IMG/VR virus record: IMGVR_UViG_3300024255_000017
Span: 17,433 to 81,432 of that record
DNA length: 64,000 bases
DNA from: a virus
Direction: 5' to 3' (one strand)
The notes beneath the pieces are model-generated. The model did no database searches, was not told where the DNA came from, and was given only the letters and a program-made list of their open reading frames with translations. Position numbers and translations under genes: made by a program. Shown in pieces: positions 19,436 through 30,600 of the stretch (positions are counted from its first letter, which is position 1; each line of letters opens with the position of its first letter).

Positions 19436-21292
19436 ATGTCATTTTTTAGTAAAACAAGAATAAAGGCAACAGAGTTATTCTTTGATGCATTTCAATATTT
19501 ACAACGTCAGTATGACCAAGCTGGTGAGGTGTTTACTCCTGCTTCTCCATTTGGACAAATACTTACAGTGGTTGCAAACCTAGGTGAGTTAATTTTATTT
19601 TATATTGAAGCAGTAGCAACTGAGCTTAATATTAGTAGAGCTAGAAATATTGAATCAATATATGGATTATCAAGATTAACTGGTCATGATCCTACTAGAG
19701 GTATATCTTCACAAGGTATAATTGGATTAAGATTAAACACATCTGCTGCAACTCTTGTTGAAGGGGATTTTGTTCAAATACTAAATTACGTAGAATTAGA
19801 AGTTGGTCAAAACAACCTATCTTACTTTTTAAAATTTGATAGTGATTATATTAGATTAGAAAAAACTACAAGATCATTTGTAAATGTACAATTAATTCAA
19901 GGTGAAAGAGAAGATCAAAAATTTACTGGTACTGGCTTAGATTTACAGAGTTACAATTTAACTACCAAAGATCCAACTGACCAATATATGGTTAGCATAC
20001 ATGTTGATGGTAAGCTATGGAAAAATGTAAATTCATTATATGACATGAATAACGGTGAGGAAGCTGTTATGGTAAAAACAAGTGTAAATGGTGGAATAAC
20101 AATTTTCTTTGGTAATAAGCAATTTGGAGAACCGCCTGCTTTAGGATCTATTATAAAAGTTACATATGTAAAAACTAGAGGATCTGCTGGTAATATAGGT
20201 GGTAAAAATATAGATTTAAAATTTAAAGATCCTGGTACGGATTCACAAGGGAACGAGGTTAATTTAGATGAAGTACTATCATTAAATATTGTAAGAAATC
20301 CTATGTTCGGTTCTGATAGTGAAGATCCACAGTTTACAAGATTGATTGCACCGTATCAAAGTAATTCATTTGTTTTAGCCAATCCTAATAATTACATTTA
20401 CTATTTAAGTAAGTATGACTTCTTTTCTTTCGTAGATGCATATAATACTAAAGATGACCAGTATTTGGATGATGACAATATTATATACTTATTTTTAATA
20501 CCTGATATTGCTAAAAAGATAACAAGTGATAGAGATTATTTTAATGTTCCTGTTGAAGAGTTCACATTAACAGCAGATGAAAAAGAAATGGTATATGAAA
20601 TTTTAAATGAGAGCGGTAGACAAATAGTTACAGCTGAAGTTAGAATTAATGATCCTGTAGTTAAAAGATATGCAATGAATATTGTTATAAGATATGTGGA
20701 AGGTTTTGATAAAGACGAAATACATGCATCTATAAGAGAGCAACTTAGTACATATTTTATATACATAAACAGAAGAGATAGAATTCCTAGATCAGATATT
20801 ATTTCAATTATTGAAAATGTAGATGGTGTAGATTCTGTAAATGTATTCTTTATTTCTGAAGAGAACGAAAAAGCAATAAGAGATGGTTTTTATGAAGTAC
20901 CGGTTTATGGTACAGATCCAGTAACCGATCAAAGAGTATTAATAGAAACTAATAAAATTACCATTAGAGGTGATGAAGATCCACAGTTAGGATTAGATGA
21001 GTTTGGTGATGTTGTTATTGGACCTGAGGATTTAGCAATCATAAGAGGTGGTTGGGATGATAGGAATGGATCATTCTATGAAGCAACACCTAACAAGAAT
21101 GCACTAAGTTCACTTAACATATTCTTTAAAGGTACCATACCTAATAACCTTTATAATAAAACTCAGCAAGCTAAGTTTAATGATCTTAAGAGAAGTAGAG
21201 GAACTACGATTGCAACGGGAGGTAACTCAAGAAGCACTAACACTGGAAGATTACAAGATAATCCTACATTAAAAGCAATAAGAGGAAAATAA
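19436..21292 (+). CDS. Baseplate wedge subunit (gp6/BaseplateJ-like)
   Basis: ELNISRARNIESIYGLSRLTGHDP, IFFGNKQFGEPP, YVKTRGSAGN, GSDSED, IENVDGVDSV. Confidence 0.85.
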   Translation: MSFFSKTRIKATELFFDAFQYLQRQYDQAGEVFTPASPFGQILTVVANLGELILFYIEAVATELNISRARNIESIYGLSRLTGHDPTRGISSQGIIGLRLNTSAATLVEGDFVQILNYVELEVGQNNLSYFLKFDSDYIRLEKTTRSFVNVQLIQGEREDQKFTGTGLDLQSYNLTTKDPTDQYMVSIHVDGKLWKNVNSLYDMNNGEEAVMVKTSVNGGITIFFGNKQFGEPPALGSIIKVTYVKTRGSAGNIGGKNIDLKFKDPGTDSQGNEVNLDEVLSLNIVRNPMFGSDSEDPQFTRLIAPYQSNSFVLANPNNYIYYLSKYDFFSFVDAYNTKDDQYLDDDNIIYLFLIPDIAKKITSDRDYFNVPVEEFTLTADEKEMVYEILNESGRQIVTAEVRINDPVVKRYAMNIVIRYVEGFDKDEIHASIREQLSTYFIYINRRDRIPRSDIISIIENVDGVDSVNVFFISEENEKAIRDGFYEVPVYGTDPVTDQRVLIETNKITIRGDEDPQLGLDEFGDVVIGPEDLAIIRGGWDDRNGSFYEATPNKNALSSLNIFFKGTIPNNLYNKTQQAKFNDLKRSRGTTIATGGNSRSTNTGRLQDNPTLKAIRGK

Positions 21293-21293
21293 T

Positions 21294-21563
21294 ATGAATA
21301 TAGCCACAGAGAAAAGAACCGGTATGCCTAGTGTCTACAAAGCTACCTATGAAGAAGGCTGGGAGTTAAAAAACCTAGGTAATGACTATAATGAAAATTT
21401 AATGAGAAATTCATTTTCAAATTATATGTTTAGGAATGAAAGACTTTCAACCTTTTTAGATTCTTACTTAAAGCCTATTATGACATTTTGGATTAATAAA
21501 GTAAAATACCTTAGAATCTATTATAACTTTGGCGTGCCTAAAGATTACCAAAAAATAAATTAA
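21294..21563 (+). CDS. Small hypothetical baseplate-region protein
   Basis: 89-aa ORF tightly packed between wedge genes. Confidence 0.6.
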   Translation: MNIATEKRTGMPSVYKATYEEGWELKNLGNDYNENLMRNSFSNYMFRNERLSTFLDSYLKPIMTFWINKVKYLRIYYNFGVPKDYQKIN

Positions 21564-21564
21564 G

Positions 21565-24500
21565 ATGGTTAATAACTGGAAACATTTAAATTTCTTTGAT
21601 AAAGGTGGTAAGTATCTTAATTTTGATTATGACCCATCCGAAGATAGATGGTCAGGTACTATGTACTTACCTGAAGTGTCTATAGGTTTATTTGAAGTTG
21701 GTCAAATTTTTATATTAGAAGAGTTTGTAAATAGAAATACTAATCTAAAGGAGTTTGGCTTTCCTCATGGTGTTGAGGTTGCAACAGGTACTACTGGGTC
21801 TACTGGTGGAGTTTGTGAATGGACCGCTGAATGGGAAACAACAGATCCTAATGAAATATTCTTATTTCAATTTGACATGGATTTTAATACAGGTACACAG
21901 ACCTCTTTAGAGATGGAAGCTGATGGTCCACCTTTAGAAATTATAACAGAATTAGAAATATCATTAAATTCAGATCCTACTGAAACTATTGATCCTCAAG
22001 GGTATACCGTTACTGATGTAATTAACGCTGAGGCATTACAGCTCAATGTTGCAATAAGGTCAGAAAAAGAAAATACATTTAAAAGAACATTACTTATAAA
22101 GGATAGCTGCACAGATAAAATTATTGCAGAAATATTAATATATGGAGAGACTACTGGTGAAGACGAAAGATTAAGAGTTATGACTCAGAATATGGGTTAT
22201 AATATTTTAGAATCAGATAGTGAAATATTTAGAAATACAAATATAAAAGAACTGCTGCCTGACTTTGATGAGGTTAATTTGAAGAGAAAGGAAATTATGA
22301 TGGAAGGTTATAATATCTATCCATTCATCGGTTCTTATAAAGGTTTAATAAATGCAATAAAGTTTTTTGGATATGATACTTTAAAAGTTAGAGAGTTCTG
22401 GAAAAACGTTGATGCTAATTCACCGATGTTTGGCAAATACATTATGAGTAATGATATTGATGTTTTTGAACCAACGGTTCAACTAAATGATAAAAAAATA
22501 ACTTTACCTAATAAAAGGTTTAGAAAAACTAGTTTGTTTAGTTTAGTTTATAGAATTAATAACATTGTGCCTAATAGATTTGATGAAGAGTCATTACCTA
22601 TAACTGAAGAGAATTATGATTTTACTATTGAAGAAATTTTAATTAAGTTATTTGGATTAAAGAAAAAATTAGAAAATGAATTTTTACCACTTAATGCTAG
22701 AATTAAAGATATAACAGGTGAGGCTGATTTTTTCGGATTACTTGAAGTTGTTAATACATTAAGTAGAAATGATAAAAGAGAAATTGTAGCAGGTATAGAT
22801 ACCAACTTTAAATTGTCAACTGAAGATTGTATATACATGGAGGACCTAAGATCATTTAGTTCATTCTGTCTAGCATCAGAAGGGATAGTTGATGAAGCTA
22901 TTGTTAATTTTTGTAATGCTTATATTGCACCACTCTCACCGGTTAATGCAATAGGTAGAAATTTATTGTTAGGTCCAACTACACCAGGACAGGTTTACCC
23001 ACCATCACCAATAGGACCGGATTTTAATGGACCTATGGGAATCCCATATGATGGAAGTAATGTTACAATAGCAGGATTAGCTGATGCATTTTTAGCATAC
23101 TTTACTAGATATGCACCAGATTTAAATAAGGTTGGAGCGTGGCCTGATGGGGAGTCTTCATACTATCTTCCAGATAAACCAGGTATACCAGTTGGTGCAA
23201 TGACAATTTTAGAAAACGATTCTTTTAATAATATAACTTGGGATAATGTTGATTCTACTTGGGACCAGTTAAATGATGCCAATAAATTCTTTACATTTGA
23301 TATAGATCCACAGGGTGTTGCTGCAGGCGATGTATTTACAATTAATGACCCAGACACTAACACAGGAGCTACATATACTGCTGTTCTTGGTGATACTGAT
23401 ACTGATGTAAGAAATGCTTTATATAATCAACTTATAGCATTGAGTAATTTATTTAACCAACCGTGGATATGGTGGGATATTACAAAAGAGACTGGTGTAA
23501 CCGGGGATGTTCTTAGATTATTTGGTCAAAATGTAGATAGATTAAAAGTAACATGCCAATCATCATTTGGGTCTGCTTTGCTATTTAACCAATTACCAGG
23601 TGAAACGTTATTTACTTGGGATGGTATTGAACGTGGAAATTTTGAAGAAATAGAATGGACAATTTATAAGGAAGAGACTGATATTTCTCCATCATACTAC
23701 AAGGTATTTAGAGGACCTCTATCACAGTATAATAAATTGCCAATAATATTACCGTATGTTGGAACATATAGTGTAGAGATGAAGCTATTTGATCTGTATA
23801 ACAATATATCATCTAATGTAAAGACTGATTTTATTTGTGTAGAAAATAGAGAGGTTGAATATTCAGGTTGGTACCAAGCAAGGAAAGCTAACTATAGCTG
23901 GAACAGCGAGGCTAAAGAAGTTTGGAATAATTATGGCTCATTATGGAATTTACCTATTACACCTAGTGTTACATGGGATGAAGAAAGTCCTAGCTTATAT
24001 GAATCACTTGATAGGGTTAATGCTATTCTTAATAACTTTGGTTTAGGTGCTTCACCAGACTTTCAATTATTGAATTACCAAGATGATGGTAAAGCTAGTT
24101 TTAGTGGCCCATACAGATGGGATAATTTAACAACGGGTGGTTGGAACGATACTTATCATTTATGGTGGGATATGACTAGTACATCTGGTGATACTCCTGC
24201 ATTCTTTCAGTTTAAAGAAGTTCAACCAGAAACATATTTAAAAATTACAGCATTAAACGGAGATACAGCAGAACATTATTTTGACTCTTCTATAACTACA
24301 TTAGCTGAAGCAGCCGCTGATTTAAATGTAAGTACTAATACTATTATTAATAAGTATGTATATAATGTTGTATATGACGCATCTAATAATCAGATGTTTG
24401 TACAAGCAGTTTGTAGATATTTTGGGTTACATGGAGATTTTAAAAATGTGGATATAGTATATGCAGACGGTGATAATGTTTGCCCATCTACTGGAACCGG

Positions 24501-24852
24501 TTCACCGTGGCCAACTGGAGATGACAATTGTCCTAGTTTAATTTATAGAAAAGGACAAAGTGTAGCAAGCAACCCGACATGGAACACTGCTAAGTTTATA
24601 AATAATGGAAAGACTTTACCAAAAATGACTTGGCTTATGTTTGTTTATGATAAATGTAAGATACCTGGTAAAGGTAAGCCTAGATGGATAATTAAGAATA
24701 CAACTAACTCCAGCATGGCTGATATATATTTTGAGAGTAAATACTTAACTTATTTGTTTAAGAATTCAGGGAAATATGAAATCACCCTTGAACTTACTGA
24801 TACGAATGGGAATAAATATAAAAAGAATAGAAATATTCTAGTAATTAAATAA
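21565..24852 (+). CDS. Large baseplate wedge protein (gp7-like) with PKD/Ig-like domains
   Basis: YPFIGSYKGLINAIKFFGY; GTYSVEMKLFD and GKYEITLELTDTNGN PKD-like strands. Confidence 0.6.
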   Translation: MVNNWKHLNFFDKGGKYLNFDYDPSEDRWSGTMYLPEVSIGLFEVGQIFILEEFVNRNTNLKEFGFPHGVEVATGTTGSTGGVCEWTAEWETTDPNEIFLFQFDMDFNTGTQTSLEMEADGPPLEIITELEISLNSDPTETIDPQGYTVTDVINAEALQLNVAIRSEKENTFKRTLLIKDSCTDKIIAEILIYGETTGEDERLRVMTQNMGYNILESDSEIFRNTNIKELLPDFDEVNLKRKEIMMEGYNIYPFIGSYKGLINAIKFFGYDTLKVREFWKNVDANSPMFGKYIMSNDIDVFEPTVQLNDKKITLPNKRFRKTSLFSLVYRINNIVPNRFDEESLPITEENYDFTIEEILIKLFGLKKKLENEFLPLNARIKDITGEADFFGLLEVVNTLSRNDKREIVAGIDTNFKLSTEDCIYMEDLRSFSSFCLASEGIVDEAIVNFCNAYIAPLSPVNAIGRNLLLGPTTPGQVYPPSPIGPDFNGPMGIPYDGSNVTIAGLADAFLAYFTRYAPDLNKVGAWPDGESSYYLPDKPGIPVGAMTILENDSFNNITWDNVDSTWDQLNDANKFFTFDIDPQGVAAGDVFTINDPDTNTGATYTAVLGDTDTDVRNALYNQLIALSNLFNQPWIWWDITKETGVTGDVLRLFGQNVDRLKVTCQSSFGSALLFNQLPGETLFTWDGIERGNFEEIEWTIYKEETDISPSYYKVFRGPLSQYNKLPIILPYVGTYSVEMKLFDLYNNISSNVKTDFICVENREVEYSGWYQARKANYSWNSEAKEVWNNYGSLWNLPITPSVTWDEESPSLYESLDRVNAILNNFGLGASPDFQLLNYQDDGKASFSGPYRWDNLTTGGWNDTYHLWWDMTSTSGDTPAFFQFKEVQPETYLKITALNGDTAEHYFDSSITTLAEAAADLNVSTNTIINKYVYNVVYDASNNQMFVQAVCRYFGLHGDFKNVDIVYADGDNVCPSTGTGSPWPTGDDNCPSLIYRKGQSVASNPTWNTAKFINNGKTLPKMTWLMFVYDKCKIPGKGKPRWIIKNTTNSSMADIYFESKYLTYLFKNSGKYEITLELTDTNGNKYKKNRNILVIK

Positions 24853-24861
24853 AGAAAAGAA

Positions 24862-25506
24862 ATGGCAATTAGCGTAACAGAAATTCTTGGAACAGATTCG
24901 TTATCCGGATCCAGACTGGTATTGAATGATAACTTCAATATCTTGACCAGTGAAATTAATGCAATGGAGGTTTATTTTAATCCTACCGCAGGAACACTCA
25001 GTAATCTACAAAACGTGCAAACAGAAGCACTAAGAGTAGGTTTAAGTACTGTTCTATTAGACATTAATGCTTCTACATTTGATGTATTAACAAATGTTAA
25101 TATGACAGGTAATCTTAACCTTAATGGTGGAGGATTATTTAGAAATGATGTAGATCCACAAACATTAAACGATGGTTTTGCAACAGGGTTACCTGGTGTA
25201 ATTACTGTTGGTACAAGTACAGCAATACCACCATATACAGTGGAGAGAGTTGGAAATAGTACCGGTACTGTAGTAACTATACAGCTTAATGATGGTGCAA
25301 TTGGTCAAGAATTATTTTTTGTATACTCCGAAGCACAAACAGGATTGATCACTATCCAAGGTGCATCTACTCCATTAGTACTACCAGGTGGTACTAAAAT
25401 TGATTTAGATGCGCAAGGTAAAACTGCTCACCTACTTTGTGTAGACGATGGTACAGGAAATGGGGTTTGGTTCTTAGTAGGTGGAACTGGTTATACAATA
25501 AGTTAA
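24862..25506 (+). CDS. Virion structural protein
   Basis: N-terminus ILGTDSLSGSRLVLNDNF is of the fibre-attachment type shared with 36264. Confidence 0.6.
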   Translation: MAISVTEILGTDSLSGSRLVLNDNFNILTSEINAMEVYFNPTAGTLSNLQNVQTEALRVGLSTVLLDINASTFDVLTNVNMTGNLNLNGGGLFRNDVDPQTLNDGFATGLPGVITVGTSTAIPPYTVERVGNSTGTVVTIQLNDGAIGQELFFVYSEAQTGLITIQGASTPLVLPGGTKIDLDAQGKTAHLLCVDDGTGNGVWFLVGGTGYTIS

Positions 25507-25524
25507 TAAAAAGAAAAACGATAC

Positions 25525-27642
25525 ATGGCAACGACGCCTTTAATTAAAACGCCGCAGGCTGATGGGGGTACATTTTATACCTTCTCTTCATCTGCACGAG
25601 ATCTCTCAAAGACCCTTAACAATGATGAGCTTAAGTTGGTCTTTTCTAAGTTTGTGCTTTTAAATATACCGGATTTTGATAGACTAAATCCAGTAAGTTT
25701 TGATAGTTATGAAAACTATATGCAATTTGATACTATAGATGGTATGATTGCAAGTGGTGGTTTAAAGGGTGATCCTAATGTTAACTTTACCGAAAGTCTT
25801 CAGAATTACGCGCTGAACTTAGAGGAGTTAATCATTAGTGATTCATCATATGATAATACAACACAGAGATCTGTAGCTGAAAGAGTATTCTTTAAATGGA
25901 TGAAAGAAACAGGTGCAATGAGATTTAGACCTGCTACTAATTTAGAGAAAAATCCTGGAGTAACACGACCTCTATTTGTAGAAGAAGATACAATGGAGAC
26001 TGGTGATTATCAGTACAGGAGAGTTGTAAAATATGTAGGTGATATAGATATTGTAAATAATGTAGATAAAGCAGGTGAGGCTTATACTGAACTTTATATT
26101 AATGTACCGACTGAAGTAGGTGGTACTCCAACTATTTTATTTGATTCTATTTCAGATGCAAACTATCAACCTAGTTTAAGAATACAAGGTAAAGATGAAT
26201 TTATTTTAGGTCGTGGCCCAAGCACAGTACAACCACAAGGTTTAAGTATTAATGCATTTTATGATTATGATGATCCACTACAGGGTGATCCTGCAAATGG
26301 AGGTTATACAGATCCTAATGCTAACTGGATGTTAGAACCTAATCCACCTACATCTAAAGAATCTTATTTTACTGAACCTAATACATTTACTAATACTGCT
26401 AATATTAATATAAGAAAATATCCTGCTGATTATGGTAATCCTCCAGGGTTTAACGGTTCTGCTTATGTTAGGAATCAACTAGATGGAATTTCTGTAGATT
26501 TTACACCTAATGATTATGAGCAGATTATAACAGATCCAACAATTGCAACAATACCCCAATTTAATGGAACTGATTTAGCAAGTACATTTGAATTTAATGC
26601 CGTGTTAGTTTATTATGACATGGTAGATACTAGTAACACTGCAAATACTGTTACTAATCTTTATGGTATTTTATTAGTGGATAATATTACACCAACAACA
26701 GATGGTGGCTATATTCAAAGATACCCTAAATATAAACCTAATAAAGTAACAGGACAGAACGGAAACAGTTATGGATTTAAAATTAATTTACGATTTGATG
26801 CTTCACCAGGAACGGCCGGTATCGACACAATCGTTAATGACTATAATACATTTTCAATGCAGCTCTTCAGTGAAGCGACTGCACAACTACAAGAATCAGC
26901 TAAAATATTCCAATCTCAACAATTAGAAATATCTGAATTAGATCAAAAGGTTCAAACTTTAGAAAATCAAATAACTAACGTAGCAGATGTCACTTCTCTA
27001 CAAGCACAGATCACAAGTGTACAAAATCAATTAGATAATGCTAACTTGGCATTTGCCAACGATACTGTTTTATTAGATCTTATTGCTAAAAATTCTGATG
27101 AGATACAAGGTTTAGCAAATGGAAATGTACCGGTATCTTTACAATATAATACAGACGTGGTAAGACAGGGTACTGGTATAAGTGTAGATACTAATACACC
27201 TAATTTAATAACTGTATCATTAGCTACACAGGAATACTCGTTTGTGATTCCTTTTAATTCAAGTGAAACTGTTATAGATACATTAAATCCATTAAATCTA
27301 AACACCGCTTTACCACAAGTGTTTACTGAATTGGTAACCTATACAAATATGTTAAGGTTGGATACGGTTAATGAAGCAGGTGGTGATTTAAATATTTACA
27401 TAGATGATACTATGATACAATGGAAAACTGGTCAAACTTTTAGATTAGCATTTAATAATAATTTAAATATAGGATCAAGAAATATAAGACTATGGACCGA
27501 TGCACCTAGTAGACTTAATACTGGTTCGTTTGGTATTTCAATGGGAGTGATTCCAAATTCTGAAATTTCCACAAAACCTATAATAGAATTTATATGTACA
27601 GAGCAAGGTATTTTAAATTTCGTGTTTGATATCATTAAATAA
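25525..27642 (+). CDS. Putative virion structural protein with coiled coil
   Basis: 705 aa; heptad stretch ISELDQKVQTLENQI; structural context. Confidence 0.55.
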   Translation: MATTPLIKTPQADGGTFYTFSSSARDLSKTLNNDELKLVFSKFVLLNIPDFDRLNPVSFDSYENYMQFDTIDGMIASGGLKGDPNVNFTESLQNYALNLEELIISDSSYDNTTQRSVAERVFFKWMKETGAMRFRPATNLEKNPGVTRPLFVEEDTMETGDYQYRRVVKYVGDIDIVNNVDKAGEAYTELYINVPTEVGGTPTILFDSISDANYQPSLRIQGKDEFILGRGPSTVQPQGLSINAFYDYDDPLQGDPANGGYTDPNANWMLEPNPPTSKESYFTEPNTFTNTANINIRKYPADYGNPPGFNGSAYVRNQLDGISVDFTPNDYEQIITDPTIATIPQFNGTDLASTFEFNAVLVYYDMVDTSNTANTVTNLYGILLVDNITPTTDGGYIQRYPKYKPNKVTGQNGNSYGFKINLRFDASPGTAGIDTIVNDYNTFSMQLFSEATAQLQESAKIFQSQQLEISELDQKVQTLENQITNVADVTSLQAQITSVQNQLDNANLAFANDTVLLDLIAKNSDEIQGLANGNVPVSLQYNTDVVRQGTGISVDTNTPNLITVSLATQEYSFVIPFNSSETVIDTLNPLNLNTALPQVFTELVTYTNMLRLDTVNEAGGDLNIYIDDTMIQWKTGQTFRLAFNNNLNIGSRNIRLWTDAPSRLNTGSFGISMGVIPNSEISTKPIIEFICTEQGILNFVFDIIK

Positions 27643-27667
27643 ATAATAAAAGAAAGAAGAAAAATAA

Positions 27668-30600
27668 ATGGCTGAAAATAATTCAATATCAACAATGCTT
27701 CCGGAGCTTCTTAGACTTTTTAATAATTCTTTAGAAAGTTTTGAGAAAGTTAATCAGGCCATAACTTCTAGTAATGAGTCGGTAACTATTAATATTCAAA
27801 ACAATGACGGAACAAATTCAAGAGTAACTATTCCTAGTTTTGGTTTTCTAAAAAATTCAGTAGATAGGCTACAGAATAATATTGATACTATTACAAATGT
27901 TGGTGGTCAAAACAGTTCTATTAGATTATCTGATGGTACCTTTAGAAAATTAGTATTAGCTAAACTACCAACAGAAGCAATAGACTTAACTTCGATTAAT
28001 TCAATTGAGAATTTTAATATTAAACCTAATTGGTTTTTTGAAGAATTAATTAATCCTCTTCTTTACGTATCATTTGATTTAACTGGGCAGGTTCCTATAG
28101 ACACAGAAAGAGCAATAATCCAAAGATACATATTAAATACAAATACCCAGAGTAAGATTAACTTTTTTAATAATACTTATAACGGTAGAGCAGATATAAG
28201 TTATGATGAATTTTTACAACAAATAGTTGAACGAAATATTTCATATGTATTAGATGAGGATGTTGTAGATTTACCACCAAGAGTTAAAAGATATACTGGA
28301 AAGTTTAGTGTACTTAGAATATCAGATGTTACTTCTACTGATGTAATAAATGGAGCTAGTGTAACAACACAACGCAAACAATATAAATTAAATAAGATTT
28401 TTTATACTGATGTAGAGGCTGACTTTGATGACACAGTACAGCTTTCAGTAGGAGATAGTCTTGAGGTTCTTTCTAATCCAATAAGCACAAGATATAAAGT
28501 AACTAATGTTGACTCTAGTACAAACACAGTTATTGTAGAATTAGTTGAAGGATCGGATCCAATTAGAATAGGCGCGGATCAGTTAAAAATTGCATCTTCA
28601 TTAGAAGATAATGTTCAAGTTGATGTTACAGTAGGATTCAATGAGAGGTGTATTACTTTTGTAAAACCTATTGATCCTGATTCAAAAATACCTGCAGTAA
28701 ATTGGTCACCAGGTAGTGGATATTATACTAATACATTGACAACCATTAATGCTGATGGTGTTAAACAAACATTAGCAGAGTATTACCAACAGAGTGCAAT
28801 TGATTTTGGATCAATGTTACTTTCTTTTGCTGATGATAAGATACCAACAACTAGAGAAGGTATTAAACCTAACTCTCCTATTTTAAATGATAGTGATTTT
28901 TCAGTTAAATTAATTAATGCTCAAGTGAGTGATTCATCTTCGATAGTTGAACTTACTGATCTTAATAACCAGAAAAATACGATAGAAGCTACATTAAAAG
29001 AATTGGATGGTGCAATTGCACAAAGCAGAACTAAAATTCAAACCACTAATTATAAAACTGAAGTAGAAAGAGATGCTGATAAGAATGCATTACAAGGTTT
29101 AATTACCGAGAGATCTTCGCAAGCTGAATTATATGCATCGGTTGTTAAAGAGATTGATGCTAAAGCAAAAGATAATTCAGTATCTAGTATTACACCTAAA
29201 TATAGAGCTCGTGGTTTTTGGGCGATGCCAGAAGAAAAATCTACACCGGCAACTGGTCTACAGTCAATAGTTAAATTTAAGACTAGGTATAGATACTTAT
29301 CCAGCGACGGCGCAGCAAACCCAGTTGATCAATTTACATTTAAGGATGGTTCAGGTGATACACAAGGTGCGTTTTCAAATTATAATATTGTAGAAAGTAC
29401 ACTAAGACCTAGAGCAAAGAGTTCTCTAACTGGTGTATACCAGTGGGTTGATATAAATACTGATAATGCAGATGCTGTTAATATTAATCAATTAGATATC
29501 CCAATAAGAAAAGGTGAGCAAGTAGAGGTTCAAGTAAAATCTATATCCGAGGCAGGATGGCCATCTAATCCATTAGAAAGCGATTGGTCTAATTCTATAA
29601 TTCTTACATTCCCAGCAGATCTTAGTTCAGATAATGCAACAGAGGCTATCATAAATCAAAATCAGCAAGATTTAGCAAAAGTAGCATTAGAACAAGATTT
29701 AAATGAAATGGGAATACAGGAACATTTAAGTTCTTCCTTTGTTGCTAATGAAACTTATTTTGCTCATTCTAGTCCGGTAATTGCATCAGGATTTTTATCG
29801 GAAAACCAAACGCCTATTGACTTATTTACAAAGTTATCACAGATGCAATCCCAATTGGATTTATTCCAAGAGTTACTTGCACAGGCACAGGGTAATTTGG
29901 TGGTTACTATAATTGATGATCAGGGTAATGTACAAAATCTAAAAAGAAATTCAGTAACAAAAATATTTGCTGGTTTCTATGCACAGGAGGTTACTAATCT
30001 TGATGATCCAAGAGGGGCTATTATATCCAAAACATTCTTTATTAACTTAGCTAATAACGAACAAACTGGTTTAAGGTTAATTTCTAGAATATCTGGTAAT
30101 AGAAGCCGAATGGTTAAGCAATCAGAAAATCCTAATTATGTTGGTAATATTAGCTCTATTACAGGTGGTACTACAATATTACCTGCAACATATTCATGGT
30201 TAGATAATAGCCAAGCAAACCAAAGCAACAATCAACCAACGTTTAAATCTGATGATGCAGATTATAATACAGTAAGAAAATATGATCTTACTCCTATTAT
30301 ATTATCTAACCCTGATGTAACAGCTCAGACTAAGTATGGGCAAACTACATCATTATCACCTTTTCAATCAACACAGAATAAAAACCAATTTATAAATAGT
30401 AGGTTTAGTGATGTTTCATCTGAAAATGATTTTTACAGTTATAGCAGACCTGGTGATGGTAAATTTACATTTAATTTAGATACTGCTGAAAACTTTTATG
30501 GAAGACAAAATGGAACAATGGGTACAACTTCTGGTCAGTTTATTTGGGGTGGTGGTTTTAATGAAGATGGTACGCCATTCACTGCAGGAAGTTACCCGGT